A stretch of DNA of 64,000 bases from Chiloscyllium plagiosum (GCF_004010195.1 NC_057711.1:78928456-78992455); one strand, 5' to 3'; shown: positions 36,560 to 48,610, counted from the stretch's first letter. Notes: generated by a model not told the origin, from the sequence alone. Translations and numbers: made by a program.

Positions 36560-39550
36560 TCCAGTGGCTGCATTGTCTTCCTAATGCTAGAATTCAGGAT
36601 ATCTGCTCTGGGCTGGATATAAACTTACGATGGGAAAAGAAGAGAAGAGCTTGCAGTGAAGAAGGGTGGATCCACTGATCATGGTCCAAATTGATACCAA
36701 AGATATTAATAGAATAGGAGGAAGTATGAGAGTTTGGGTGCTGAAACAACAAAAAAAGGAATCACGTGCAATAAATGGCTGAGCTACATGTGAACTGGTA
36801 TAGGATGAAAAAAGTTGGAGATTGCATGGCTTAAAGACTGATGTGGGAGAAGTGAGTTGTTGTACTGGCATGAGTATGGGGGCAAGGATTCCATACATTT
36901 GGGATGGTCTACCCCTAAACTGTGCTGGGATTGGTGATTCCATGAGCTGCATGCCTAGGGAAGTAGAGAGTGTGTGATCAAGCTTGTGTGATTATAACAA
37001 ATCAAAGGATAGAGTTGAGGCAGGGCAACAAAATATGAATATCAACAAAGAAGGTCAAAGAATGGCAGGAAAAAGTTCTAAGAATTAACTGGCATTGAAT
37101 ACTAGATGCTATAAAAATGACAAAAATACTAAATGCTCATTTTCTGGATGCATATGGGTTTCACAACAAAGTTAATGAATTGATAGTGCATATTGAATAA
37201 GGAATACAGATCCATGACTGCAGGATGATAAGGATTGGATTCTGAATATTGAGGCATATATGACATTCAAGAAGAATACATAGCTTGATAAAGGCAGAGG
37301 AGTAGCTCACCTAATCAAAGCTGGTATTGGTATAATAGTTAGAGATGACCTTGGTTCCGGAGACCGAATGTAGAATCGGTTTGGTTAGAGATGCAGAATT
37401 GTAGGGGAAAGACGTCATAGTGGGAATGGTCTACAGGACCCCAAACAGTAACCACAATTCAGTTGAATTATACTTGAAGAATTAACAGGTGTTTGCAATG
37501 CAGGGACAACAATAATTATGGGAGGTTTAAATCAACGTATAAACTTGCAAACTAAGATTGGCAGTAATGGCCTCAATGTCAAAAAGTGTGGAAATGGAAA
37601 AGTACAGTCGGTCAGGCAGCATCTGAGGAGCAGGAAAGTCGACATTTCAAGCATAAGCTCTTTATCAGGAATAGCCTTCATCCGTAGTGGCCTCAAAGAA
37701 GAGAGCATAAAATGCTTTTAATATTGTTTTTTAGAGCAACACATTCTGGAACAAGCCAGAGACATTCTAGACTTGTCATTGTGTAATATGACAGGATTAC
37801 TTAAAAGGTTCAGGACAAAGGCATTTCTAGGTAGCAGCAATCACAATATGAATGAATTTTGCATCCAATTTGAAAGCATGAAGGATGGGTTTAAGATTTA
37901 GTATTTGAATCCTGAAAAAAATGCAATGATGTGTGCATGAAAGCTGAGCTAGCTAAAGCGATCTAGGATATAAGGCTCGGAGATAGATCAGTACAGAAAC
38001 ATAGCAGACATTTAAAGGGATATCTCAAAATATTTAGAGTAAGTATCTACTATAAAGAAAAATTTTGAGAGAACCCACATTTGCAGTTAACTAAAGAATT
38101 TAAAGAGAACGTCAAACTTAGGGCAAAAGCACATAATTGTGCAAAGTGAATGAGAGGTCAGATGATTGATCAGAATGTAAACGTTGGCAGCGAATGACTA
38201 AAAGTTTAATATGAATAAATCAGTTAGACCATAAGAGGCAATTTGCTAGAAATATAAAAATAGACAATAATAGATATTGAAAAAAAAATTAAGGAGTGAG
38301 AATGTTATAAAAGTGCCTATTGATGTGCTGTGCATGAATTTCTAGAAGACTTTAGACAAGGTTCTACAGAAAGAATTATTGCATAAGTTCGGAGGTTATG
38401 ATGTAGGGATAACATTTAGCATGGAGAGAAAGATTTCTGGCAGGCAGAAAACAGAATGTACATTTTTGGATTTTTAGAATGATGCAAGCAGAGTCCCAAA
38501 GGGGTCTGTGCTGAACCCTCAATTTTTAGAATTTATATCAATTGCTTAGTTGTGGGAGTGAAGGCATGTGGCTAAATTTTCAGATGATATAAAATAGGCA
38601 GGATGGGGATGCAGACTGATATAGGTAGGTTAAGTGACTGGGTAAAAAAATTGACAGATGGAGTATAATATGGAAAAATGTTATGTTGGCAGGTAGAATA
38701 AAAAAGCAGGATATTGATTAACTGTAGATTGACTGCAGAATTCTGAAGTGCAGAGATATCTACTGTTCTAGTGTGCGAGTTACAAAAAGTTAGCATTTAG
38801 ACACAGCATGTAATCAGGAAGGCTAATGGAATGTGAGCCTTAATTATAAGAGAAGTTGAACAGAAAAAAAGATGTTATGCTTCAGTTTTACAAGGCACAA
38901 ATGAAATTACATGTCAAATATTATGTGCAGTTTTGGTTTCCTTATTTATGGAAAAACATAATTGGAGGTGATTCAGTTGAGGTTAACTAGATTTATACCT
39001 GGAATGAATGAGTTATCTTATAAGGAAAAATTGGACAGACTGGGCTTTTATTCACTTGAATTCAGAACAGTAAGGGATAGTTCGATTAAAGTTTATAAGA
39101 TTCTGAATATGGAAATGTGTTGCTGGAAAAGCGCAGCAGGTCAGGTAGCATCTAGGGAACAGGAGAATCGACGTTTCGGGCATTAGCCCTTCTTCAGGAA
39201 TAGCCTTGACATAATACATGTGGAAAGGACATTTACTCTTGTGGGTCTGTTCAAAACTAGGGGACACTACTTTAAAATTAAGAGTCACACTTTTAGGACA
39301 AAGATGATGAGAATTCTTGTCAGGTGTTCTTGTAACTGTCTCAGAAGGTAGTGGAGTGGAGTTGGAGTCATTGAATGTTCTTGTTAAGTTGGAGGTAGGC
39401 AGTTACTTGATAGGCTAGGGAATTAAAGATTATTGGAGAAAAATGGGAATGTGGAATTGGAAATATAAGTAGATCAGCCATGACGTTATTGAATTGCAAG
39501 ATGGCTTGAAGAGCTGAATAACCTATTGCTGCTCCTAAGTCTTGTGGTCA
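36560..39550 (+). mobile_element. Long decayed CR1 (ORF1 esterase end plus deleted ORF2) with PLE tails nested at 37580-37670 and 39112-39200
   Basis: gggatggtctacccctaaac (DGLxLN-like); ggtcccaaaggggtctgtgctg-like (VPxGSVL); ORF 38962 LEVIQLRLTRFIPGMNELSYKEKLDRLG. Confidence 0.8.
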
Positions 39551-40435
39551 TATGTGAATACCATGCAAATGTACTATCCTTTCATCAAGTTTAACAAAGT
39601 GTTGAGCTTGATGATAGTTGGAAAATTAAGAGTGTTAAATGAAGAGTTTTGCTGCAGCTAATGGTTCAGTTAAGTGAAGTCTCATTATATTGTAATGGTG
39701 CCAAGCTAATTGATGTTATTATTAGTGCTTGCACGGAGCCCTTGAAGCAGAGGTCGTTTAAATTATCTTTAGTCTTGAAATGTCAGATGTGATCGTGTAA
39801 TTATACCTTGTAAATGCTGACTGTCATAAGACATCATGGTTAATTGAGGTTTACAGAGAACTGTTTTTTTATGTTCAATTGAGCATCATTTTTTGGTCAG
39901 GTTTGTGACAGCAGTGGTGGACAGCAATGGGTAATTTATAAAAATAAAAATCACACAATAAGGTATAATTATTAATAAAGCTGGTTTGAAAGACCTCAAA
40001 AGTAAAAAAAAAAGTGAATGGGATGTTAAATTAAAATGAACAATGCATTGAAAAACATATGGGAAGGTAAAAGCTTTGTCATTCTTTGATAAAAAGGCAA
40101 GCAAAATTCAAATCTGCAAAGTATTAAAGTCACAGATAACCACATGTATTGTTTCAGCTTACTACTAATTTTATCTTTTAAGTACAGTAATTGCACTCTT
40201 TAGTAATTATACTATTTTTGCCATTTATATTTCAATTAATGTATCTTTCCACCTTTCCTTTTCCTCGAGATTGAAAAATGTGTTCTGCTGAGCATCTGAA
40301 TGTGAACTAGTTTCATGACAGACAGTGTCACTCCTTAATGAGGTAGTGGGAGATGCTTTCATATGGTCAGTGTGTTCTCCCCCAGCTCCTCAGGCCAGAG
40401 CTGGAATTCCATACTTTATATGAGTCTGTGCTGTG

Positions 40436-40451
40436 CTGCTCCCTCTAGTGA
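40436..40451 (-). promoter_or_regulatory. Candidate CTCF binding site
   Basis: Minus strand tcactagagggagcag is close to the CTCF core CCACTAGRGGGCGC; unique-looking DNA; TGACTCA at 40469-40475. Confidence 0.45.
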
Positions 40452-42015
40452 TTGATAAAGAACTCATGTGACTCACGCAACTGAGATAAACGAATTGAAG
40501 ATATACAGATATACCTCAGGCAAGGATCACATTGTCTATAGAGTCATAGAGGTGTACAACATGGAAACAGGAGGGGATGCTCATTCCCTCCAACTCATTC
40601 ATGCCAACCATTCATGCTAATCCATTTTATTAGATGAACCATTCAGCATATGATATTAAACCTTGGCATCTATAATATAATGTGGTTTAATTGAACAAAT
40701 GTCAATTGTTAGTTGTTTACATGTCATTGTTCCCCATGTTATTCTGAGATAACCATCTATCTGCTCCTCCCAGATTTTCTTGGATAACTTCAGTTATTTG
40801 TGCTCTGATATGAATATGGATGATCAACATATAAAGGTTAATGTACAAGGGCAATAAATGAAGTCCATGGAATTGAATGATGTCAGGTCAGATATTAAAA
40901 CCTGCTGCAATTATGAGAATAGATAGCAAATTCCAAAAACTTTTGACTACATTTCTTCACATCCTACTTCCTGCAAGGGCTTCATTCCATTTTCCCAGCT
41001 TCTCCACCTCTGTCGCATCTATTCCGCTAATGCCATCTTCATCAACATGTTCTCCTTTTTCCTTAACATGCGATTCCACATCCCTGCCATCACCACCAAC
41101 CAACACGCTCCCCCCTCCCCTCCCCCATCCCTGCATGCTCCCTCATAACTAATGGCACACTTAGCTGTATCTGATCCATCTTCCATTTCTATCCTCATTC
41201 CTTCCCCTCCTTCCCGGAAGAATGATGGAAATCCCCTTGCTCTCACTTTCCACCTCTTCAGTCTCTGCACACAAAGAGTCATGCTCTGCCATCTCAAACA
41301 CCTCCATCAGGATACCATATAAAACATATTTTCCCCTCTCCCCTCCTGTCAGCATTCAATGTGGATACCGTAATTCCCAAACCTGGCAGACTGATTGACT
41401 TTTCCATACTTTCGAACACCCCCTTACCACCCAACTCCCACCCTGGAACCTTCCCAAGCAATTGTGAAAGTTAGAACACTCACCCTTTTATCTCCTCATT
41501 CCTCACTGCTCAAGGCCCCAAATCATACCTTTCATCAGAAGCAGCATTTTACTTGAACTTCTTTCAAACTAGACTACAGTATCTGCTGCTCACAATGCAA
41601 CATCCTTTTACATTGACAAGACCAAATACAGACTGGTGTAAATAGGTGATTGCTTTGTGGTACACCTCTGCTCTGACTATAGGGATGATCCTGACTTTCC
41701 AGTTGCTTACTGTTTCAATAATCCACCTTGTTCCCATGCTAACGTTCCCATCCTTGACTTGCTGCAGTGTTCTAGTGAAGCACAACACAAATTGGAGGAA
41801 CAACACCTCATAAAGTCTTACAATTATACAGCATGAAAACAGACCCTTTGGTCCAACCAGTTCATGCTGAACATAGTCCCATCTGCCTGCTCCTGGTCCA
41901 TATCCCTCCAAACCTTTCCTATCCATGATTCGGAGATGCCGGTGTTGGACTGGGGTGTACAAAGTTAAAAATCACACAACACCAGGTTATAGTCCAACAG
42001 GTTTAATTAGAAGCA

Positions 42016-42050
42016 CACTAGCTTTCGGAGCGACGCTCCTTCATCAGGTG
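42016..42050 (-). ncRNA. Minimal hammerhead ribozyme, family B
   Basis: Minus strand CAC-CTGATGA-a-GGAGC-gtc-GCTCC-GAAA-gc-TA|GTG. Confidence 0.85.
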
Positions 42051-42061
42051 ATTGTCACAAT

Positions 42062-42096
42062 CACCTGATGAAGGAGCATCGCTCCGAAAGCTAGTG
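42062..42096 (+). ncRNA. Minimal hammerhead ribozyme, family B
   Basis: CAC-CTGATGA-a-GGAGC-atc-GCTCC-GAAA-gc-TA|GTG. Confidence 0.85.
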
Positions 42097-42399
42097 TGCT
42101 TCCAATTAAACCTGTTGGACTATAACCTGGTGTTGTGTGATTTTTAACTTTCCTATCCATGTACTTATCCAAGTGTCTTTTAAATGTTGTAATTGTGTCT
42201 ACATTCACCACTTTGTCAGGAAGTTCATTCCACACGCAAACCATCCTCTATGTAAAAAATATGTCCCTTATGTCTTTTTTAAATCTCTGTCCTGTCACTT
42301 TAAAAATGTTCCCCCTAATCATGAAATCCCTCATCCTAGGGAAAACACAGCTACCAATAACCCTTTCTATGTCTCTCATGATTTTATAAACTTTCTGTG

Positions 42400-42615
42400 T
42401 GTTGCTGGAAAAGCGCAACAGGTCAGGCAGCATCCAAGAAGCAGGAGAATCAATGTTTCGGGCATAAGCCCTTCTTCAGGAAGCCCTTCCTGAGGAAGGG
42501 CTTATGCCTGAAACGTCGATTCTCCTGCTCCTTGGATGCTGCCTGATCTACTGCGCTTTTCCAGCAACACATTTTTCAGCTCTGATCTCCAGCATCTGCC
42601 GTCCTCACTTTCCCC
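42400..42615. mobile_element. Fold-back PLE mini-element, family A, 13-bp TSD
   Basis: TSD taaactttctgtg at 42387-42399 and 42616-42628; cores ctgaaga (-) and ctgagga (+). Confidence 0.9.
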
Positions 42616-42833
42616 TAAACTTTCTGTGCTCAACCTCCTGTGCTCCAGTGAAAAAAGTCCCAGCCTTTCCAGTCTTTCTTTATAACTCTTCCATTTAGCC
42701 AATTTACAGCCTTTAGAACTCAACATTGAATTCAATATGTTAGAGCATAACCTCTGTCCGACTATTTCGATTATAACATCTGTGAGTATTGGATTGTTCG
42801 TGCCTTGTTGGCTTTGCTCTCATCAAAGTTAGC

Positions 42834-43044
42834 CAGGAGAAAGTGAGGACTGCAGATGCTGGAGATCAGAGTTGAGGAGTGTGGTGCTGGAAAAACACAG
42901 CAGGTCAGGCAGCATCCAAGGAGCAGGAGAATTGATGTTTTAGGCACAAGCCCCTCAGTCCTGATGAAGACCTTATACCCTAAATGACTCCTGCTCCTCA
43001 GATGCTGCCTGACCTGCTGTGTTTTTCCAGCACCACATGCTCGA
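42834..43044. mobile_element. Fold-back PLE mini-element, family A, about 13-bp TSD
   Basis: ctctcatcaaagt at 42817-42829 and 43045-43057. Confidence 0.85.
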
Positions 43045-44799
43045 CTCTCATCAAAGTCAACTCACTTTTTCTTTTTGACATCTATCACTTACACCAATTT
43101 TACATTTCTATTTCTGCTTTACAATCATTCTCACTTAGTTTGTCTTTTCCTCTGGGCACCTGCATATCTTTTCCACTTGCTCCTCCTCCTTTATCAACAG
43201 TGTTTAAATCACAATTTTCCCGCTCAATTCAGTTTTGAAGAAAAGTCATATTGGACTTTAAGCATTAACTCTATTTCTCTCTCCACAGACTATCAGGCCT
43301 GCCGAGTTTCTTCAGCATTTTCTGTCTTCATTATTTATGAAAATGGATAGCCCTAACTATAACTGGTCATCTTTGGGTACACAAAGCCTAGGACTGAGTT
43401 TGGAACCTCTGGTATAAGAAATTACACCCAGAGGAAGGTGAACTAATTCTCAAATTCAATGCTGCATTTACAGTCAGTAGGCTGTGGCACCATTACAATA
43501 CAGAAGCAGTCAATAAAAGTGTGGCCAGATATAATCTTAACCAAAACAATTGCTTGAAAGAGTTACAGTGAATAATCACAGAAATGCAGATGATAGCTCG
43601 CCGACTGCACTGATCACAATGCTGCTGTTGCTGATGTGATCAACTTCAAAGAGTTCATCAGGAAAGCGAGAAAAGGAATTCAAGGATGAAAGATTAACAG
43701 TAGAAGTGGCTTGTGTAAAGATATTGAGAGTTAGAAATGGTAACTAAAAATCATAAGGAAAGGAAAATGAGAATGGAGTGCAAAGGTTGGTGCAAAAGTA
43801 TGCCGGTTGTAACATTATGTACAGAGTTCAAGTTGCATTTTAAAAAGATTGAGCAATAATTACAGTAGTATAGAGGAGTGCAAAGCCTATCCAAGGAGAA
43901 AGACCTAGAGAAATTTGAGAATGGGAAACATAAACGTTCATCCCTGCCATAAATTTTGAAACTCCAAATGCTTTCCTCAATCTCTAACATATTTGAAAAC
44001 AGCACACCATAAAAGTGGAAAAAACAAAACCTATGCACATATTTTATATTCCCCCTCTCTATAGAAGAACAAATTGGAACCTATAACTGCGTTATGTGCG
44101 TCTATTTTTTTTTGAAGTGGTCTTTATTTAACATCACCATTCATTGATTTAAATAATTCTTGTTAGATCAAAGCATTTACTGTGAATTTTCTTTTGCTTC
44201 ACAGGATATTCCTTGTGCAGTACAGCTGACAAAAAAAAACCGAGTCAAAATGTATCAATCAATTATTGGAATTTTGATGCACCTAACACTGAACACCTGC
44301 AGGAACTCAGAGTTTCAACAAAAATAATAACCTGAACTACAGAGGCCTTGGAAATATCTGGAACAGCGGGAATGTTACAACATCAGTAAGTGCAGTAATT
44401 ATACTCGCATTTCAGAAAAGCAAGCAGAATCTATGGCCCCTGAGTGCAGTAGTAACAACAGTATTCTACAATGTTTTCTTAGAAATGTCTGTTTGGGTAG
44501 TCCTCTGGGTTGAATGAATCATCAATACAACCCACTGAAGCTAACTGCTCCCGTCTAGTGTTGCTGTGAAACATTCGATGCTTTTGTTCATTTTTTAAAG
44601 AACAGAATACAATCATTTGTATTAAACCTGTGTCTGTTCAGGGAAGTGTAGTTTTCAGTACTGAGGGCAGTTTTAGCAACAAGCTGTGGTACTGATTTTG
44701 GACAGTTTATAAAACACTGAGACATGAACAGGATAATCGTCCAACTGTGCAATAATTTTACCTAAACAAAAATGTTTAAAAATAACAGATAAATTGCTG

Positions 44800-45130
44800 T
44801 CTACCTAAGTGACTCTCACATAGTCTGCCATTACACACTACCTATTGTTTGCCACTAACAGTTTCCATTAACAGCAATTCACCCTCTTAGCCAGATCGTT
44901 ATCGACTTTTTTGTCTAACTGTTTTTTTTTATCTCTTTGGGCTCTGTCCCCATCTATTGTTTACTCCTTACCCCCTGTCTTCTGTATATAAACTGACATT
45001 TTTCTACCTACCATTGGTTCTGAGGAAAGGTCACTGGACCCGATACGTTAACTCTGATTTCTCATGTGCTTTTCCAGCAACTTCTGTTTTTGTTTTTGAT
45101 TTGCAGCAACTGCAGTTCTTTCAGTTTTTA
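44800..45130 (+). mobile_element. PLE 3' UTR/tail, family D
   Basis: ttctgaggaaaggtcactggacccgatacgttaactctg near 45018-45057. Confidence 0.7.
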
Positions 45131-45182
45131 TATAAATTGTTGCTTGTGCTCTGATATATTATTGGTCCACTCTGTCATTCCT

Positions 45183-45382
45183 AGCCAAAGATGTGCAGGT
45201 TAGATGAATTGGTCATGTTAAATTGCCCATTGTTTTCAGGGATGTGTGGGCAATGTGCATTAGTCAAGGTAAATGTAGAGTAATGGGGAGGGGAATGGGT
45301 CTGGGTGGGTTACTGTTTGGAAGGTCGGCGTGGGCTTGTTGGGCTGAAAGGCCTGTTTCTGCACTGGAGGGATTCTATGATT
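45183..45382 (+). mobile_element. 5'-truncated HE1 SINE
   Basis: ccaaagatgtgcaggttag..ggcctgtttctgcactggagggattcta. Confidence 0.8.
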
Positions 45383-45384
45383 CC

Positions 45385-45810
45385 TGGGATGATGAGCTTT
45401 GTTATGAATGTTGGACAGCTTGATCTGTATTCACTGACGTTAAGAAGAATGAGAGGTAATTTTTTTGAAACATGTGAGGTCCTGTGAAGACTTTACAGGG
45501 TAAATATTGAAAGAATGTTCCTTGTTGTAGGAGACAGTAGAAAACTAGGGGACACAGTTTAAATATAAGATTAAGATGGAGATGAGGAGAATTTATTTTC
45601 TTTTGGAGGGTCTATGGATCTGTGAAACTCTCTTCCCCAGAGATGGTGAAGGCAGGTTTGATTTTGATTATTAAGAGAGTGAAAGGGTATTGGAATAGTC
45701 AGGAAATTGGGGTTGTGGTCACATTCAGATCAGCCATGAATAGTGGAGTAGGCTTGAGTTTCCAAATTGCTGATCTCTAAGCTTGGTTTTTAAGTTTTTA
45801 TGTTCATATG
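45385..45810 (+). mobile_element. CR1 3' fragment
   Basis: MIPGMMSF..LDLYSLTLRRMRG; agatcagccatga tail. Confidence 0.75.
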
Positions 45811-45861
45811 TTGGTTTTATAGTATTCGAAACATTGCCAGTTTATTGTCTCAGCTGTGACA

Positions 45862-46168
45862 GGGTGGCATGGTGGCTCAGTGGCTCAATGGTTAGCACTG
45901 CTGCCTCACCACGCCAGGGGCCAAGGTTCAATTCCTGCCTTGGGTGACTGTGTGGAGTTTGTGAATTGTCCCTGTGTTTGCATGGGTTTGTTCCGGTTTC
46001 CTCCCACAGTCCAAAGATGTGCAGGTCAGGTGAATTGGCCATGCTAAATTGTCCAAAGTGTTAGGTGTATTCATCAGGGTAAATATAGGGTTGAGGTGGG
46101 TTACTGTTCAGAGGGTGAGAGTAGACTTGTTGGGCTAAGGGCTTATTCCATACTACAGGGAATCTCAT
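45862..46168 (+). mobile_element. HE1 SINE
   Basis: gggtggcatggtggctcag..ggttcaattcc..ttcctcccacagtccaaagatgtgcagg. Confidence 0.9.
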
Positions 46169-46414
46169 CTGTGAATGTCCCCAGGTCAATGTTTACAGTG
46201 TTATCTGTAATTTTCTAGTGCTGATGTATTAGGCCTACCTGCTCAATAATTGAGGCTACCTATTGTTTAACTGCTCAAAATATCTGTTGCCAGATATTGT
46301 AACAGCTCTCAAATAAGGTTTGATAACCTAGTTCAAAATATGTTGACATTCCATTATGGAGCAAGTGAGGCCACAATAAGTGACATTATCTCGAATGCTG
46401 AATATAGGATTAAA

Positions 46415-47110
46415 GATAGGATTCTTGGCAGTGTGGAGTGTTCAAGTGCATGGATCCCTCAAAGGTGCCACCCAAGTGAATAGGGTTGTTAAGAAAACAT
46501 AGTGTTTCGGCTTTCATTAACAGAGAATTGAGTTTAAGAATCACGAGGTTTTGCTGCAGCACTACAAGACTCTGGTGAGACCTCATTTGGAATATTGTGT
46601 CCAGTTCTGGTTGCCCTATTATAGGAAAGATACAGAGGCTTTGGAGATGGTGCAAAGCAGGTTTACCAGGATGCTGCCTGGACTGGAGGGCTTGCCTTAT
46701 GAAGAAAGGCTGACTAAGCTCTGACTTTTCTCTCTGGAGAGGAGGAGGAAGAGAGGTGACGTGATCAAGGTATAAGGTAATAAGAGGCATGGATAGAGTC
46801 GATAGCCAGAGACTTTTCCCCAGGGCAGGATTGACTGGTATGAGGGGTCATAGTTTTAAGATATTAGGAGGAAGGTATAGAGGAGATGTCAGAGATAGAT
46901 TCTTATGCAAAGAGTTGTGAATGCATAGAATGCATTGCCAGTGGTGGTGGTGGAAGCAGAGTCATTAGGGACATTTAAGCGACTGCTGGACATGCACATG
47001 CACAGCAGTGAATTGAGGGGTGTGTTGGTTAGGTTATTTTATTTTAGATTAGGAATAATCCTCGGCACAACATCGCGGGCTGAAGGGACTGTTCTATGTT
47101 CTATGTTCTA
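46415..47110 (+). mobile_element. CR1 3' fragment with (gttctat)n terminal repeat
   Basis: ctctggtgagacctcatttggaatattgtgtccagttctgg (LVRPHLEYCVQFW); ends gttctatgttctatgttcta. Confidence 0.92.
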
Positions 47111-48610
47111 TCAGCATTCCTAGATCATGGAGTATATAAATTTGTCAGGGTTCCCATTACTGATTATGAATTCTGTTGGAATGCAAATGCTCGTGTTAGA
47201 AAGGGCCCTATCTGTGAGTTAAGAGTCTGCCAACATTCAGCCTTATGCGGTAACTAATGTGGTGACAGTGAATTGCTTTCAATTTAGCTGCTATTAAAAC
47301 CATCAATCAAGTCTTTGTCATCTACAGATTCACAGTGTCCTGGTCAACATTCCATGCTCCACCTTAGCTCATATTTTGCATCAAATGCTATTCACTCATG
47401 AACTCTGTGCCCTATAACTTACATTAAAATTCTATTGTCACGACATTCCTTCAGGGCCTTACCCACCTCACCCATCTCTAAAACCTCTGTCAGCCTTAAA
47501 TGTGTTGTGAATCTTTCCCTTCACTCTTGCCCAACTATAACCTGTCATGCCTTCAGCAGCCTTGGCTCCAGATGCTATAATTTCCTCTGAAAATCCCTTA
47601 GTATATCCAACTACTTCTCCTCCTTTAAGACTCTTCACTTTGATCAAATTTAAATAGCAGAAGTTTCTTTAGGGTAAAAGAGTGTGCCATGTAACAGAGC
47701 ATTATAGAAAACATAGTTATGTTGAAGATAATGAGAAAACAGCATGCTACAAATCTCAAATATTTATACTAAATGTAAGTGATTCTCTACATGAAAGGGG
47801 AGACACTGAATAAAGATATGATAAAAAATAAATCAGAGGATTGTATAAATCTCAAAGGGAAGCCAAGACTTTTCCTGTAATGCAAAATCTTAGGATGAAA
47901 ACCTATCAGGGTCTGAGCGACGTGGCCTATGGCAAGATCAGACAAGAAACCCAGTGAGGCCTATCTTGACTAAGGGAATATCTCACTTCATCTTTTATGC
48001 TTTTGACAACCAACAGCAATGATTTCTCACTAGTCAGCGCTGAGCCGCCAAATAAGGTAGATTGTTGTTTGTTAAACTGCTCAACTGACCTCATTAATAT
48101 TCAGCCCCAATCTTAACAAAAGTGCCAAACAAGCTGGACATCGTGAAAACTCTACTCTGAAGGATTTCCACGTTGGATAATGGGCACCAACATCTCAGGG
48201 CATACTCCATGAATTCTGGCCACATGCCCACTGCATTCACAAATAATGGTTTCCAACACTTGCCAGTCTCTAAGAACCCACATGGTGCATCTCTGATCCA
48301 ACCACAGAACACTTCTGCTCTGCAATGCTGACCCTGGCCTGCTCCAGCATCTGACAATGCAACATTGCAGTAAGGGTTCTGGGCACTCACAGACATGCAT
48401 CCAGCTCATAAAGGGGACTATGTTGCATCTCTGGGCTCTTCACTCATCGTCATAGCACTCACTCACTCTGAGACTACCTGAGAATGGGTGGCACAGTTCT
48501 ACGTTTGCTGCAGGTGGCGGGGGGGGGGAGGGATGGTTCTGAGTGAGTGAGGAGGATGCACAGAGGGCAAGTGTGGTTACTAGGGTCAGGGGTTGGAAAT
48601 GGATGAATGT

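Larger units (their letters stand above)
41928..42147. mobile_element. Fold-back PLE mini-element, family B, two intact hammerheads, 14-bp TSD
   Basis: TSD ctttcctatccatg at 41914-41927 and 42148-42161; near-perfect hairpin centred 42056. Confidence 0.92.
41815..42688 (-). mobile_element. CR1 3' fragment carrying two nested PLE palindromes
   Basis: ORFs 42044..42244 (VWNELPDKVV..TFKRHLDKYM), 42248..42433, 42502..42735 (SYKERLERLGLFSLEHRRL). Confidence 0.88.
40950..42740 (+). mobile_element. Old Penelope fragment split by a CR1 insertion
   Basis: ttggaggaacaacacctcat (LEEQHLI) near 41810 resumes as cttccatttagcc..ttacagcct..ctcaacattgaattc near 42690. Confidence 0.75.

Noticed and set aside
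18082..43044. Hairpins as classical MITEs, miRNA genes or CRISPR repeats
   Set aside because: Arms equal PLE 3' tails, ends are asymmetric, TSD lengths vary (10-16 bp), and there is no repeat-spacer periodicity
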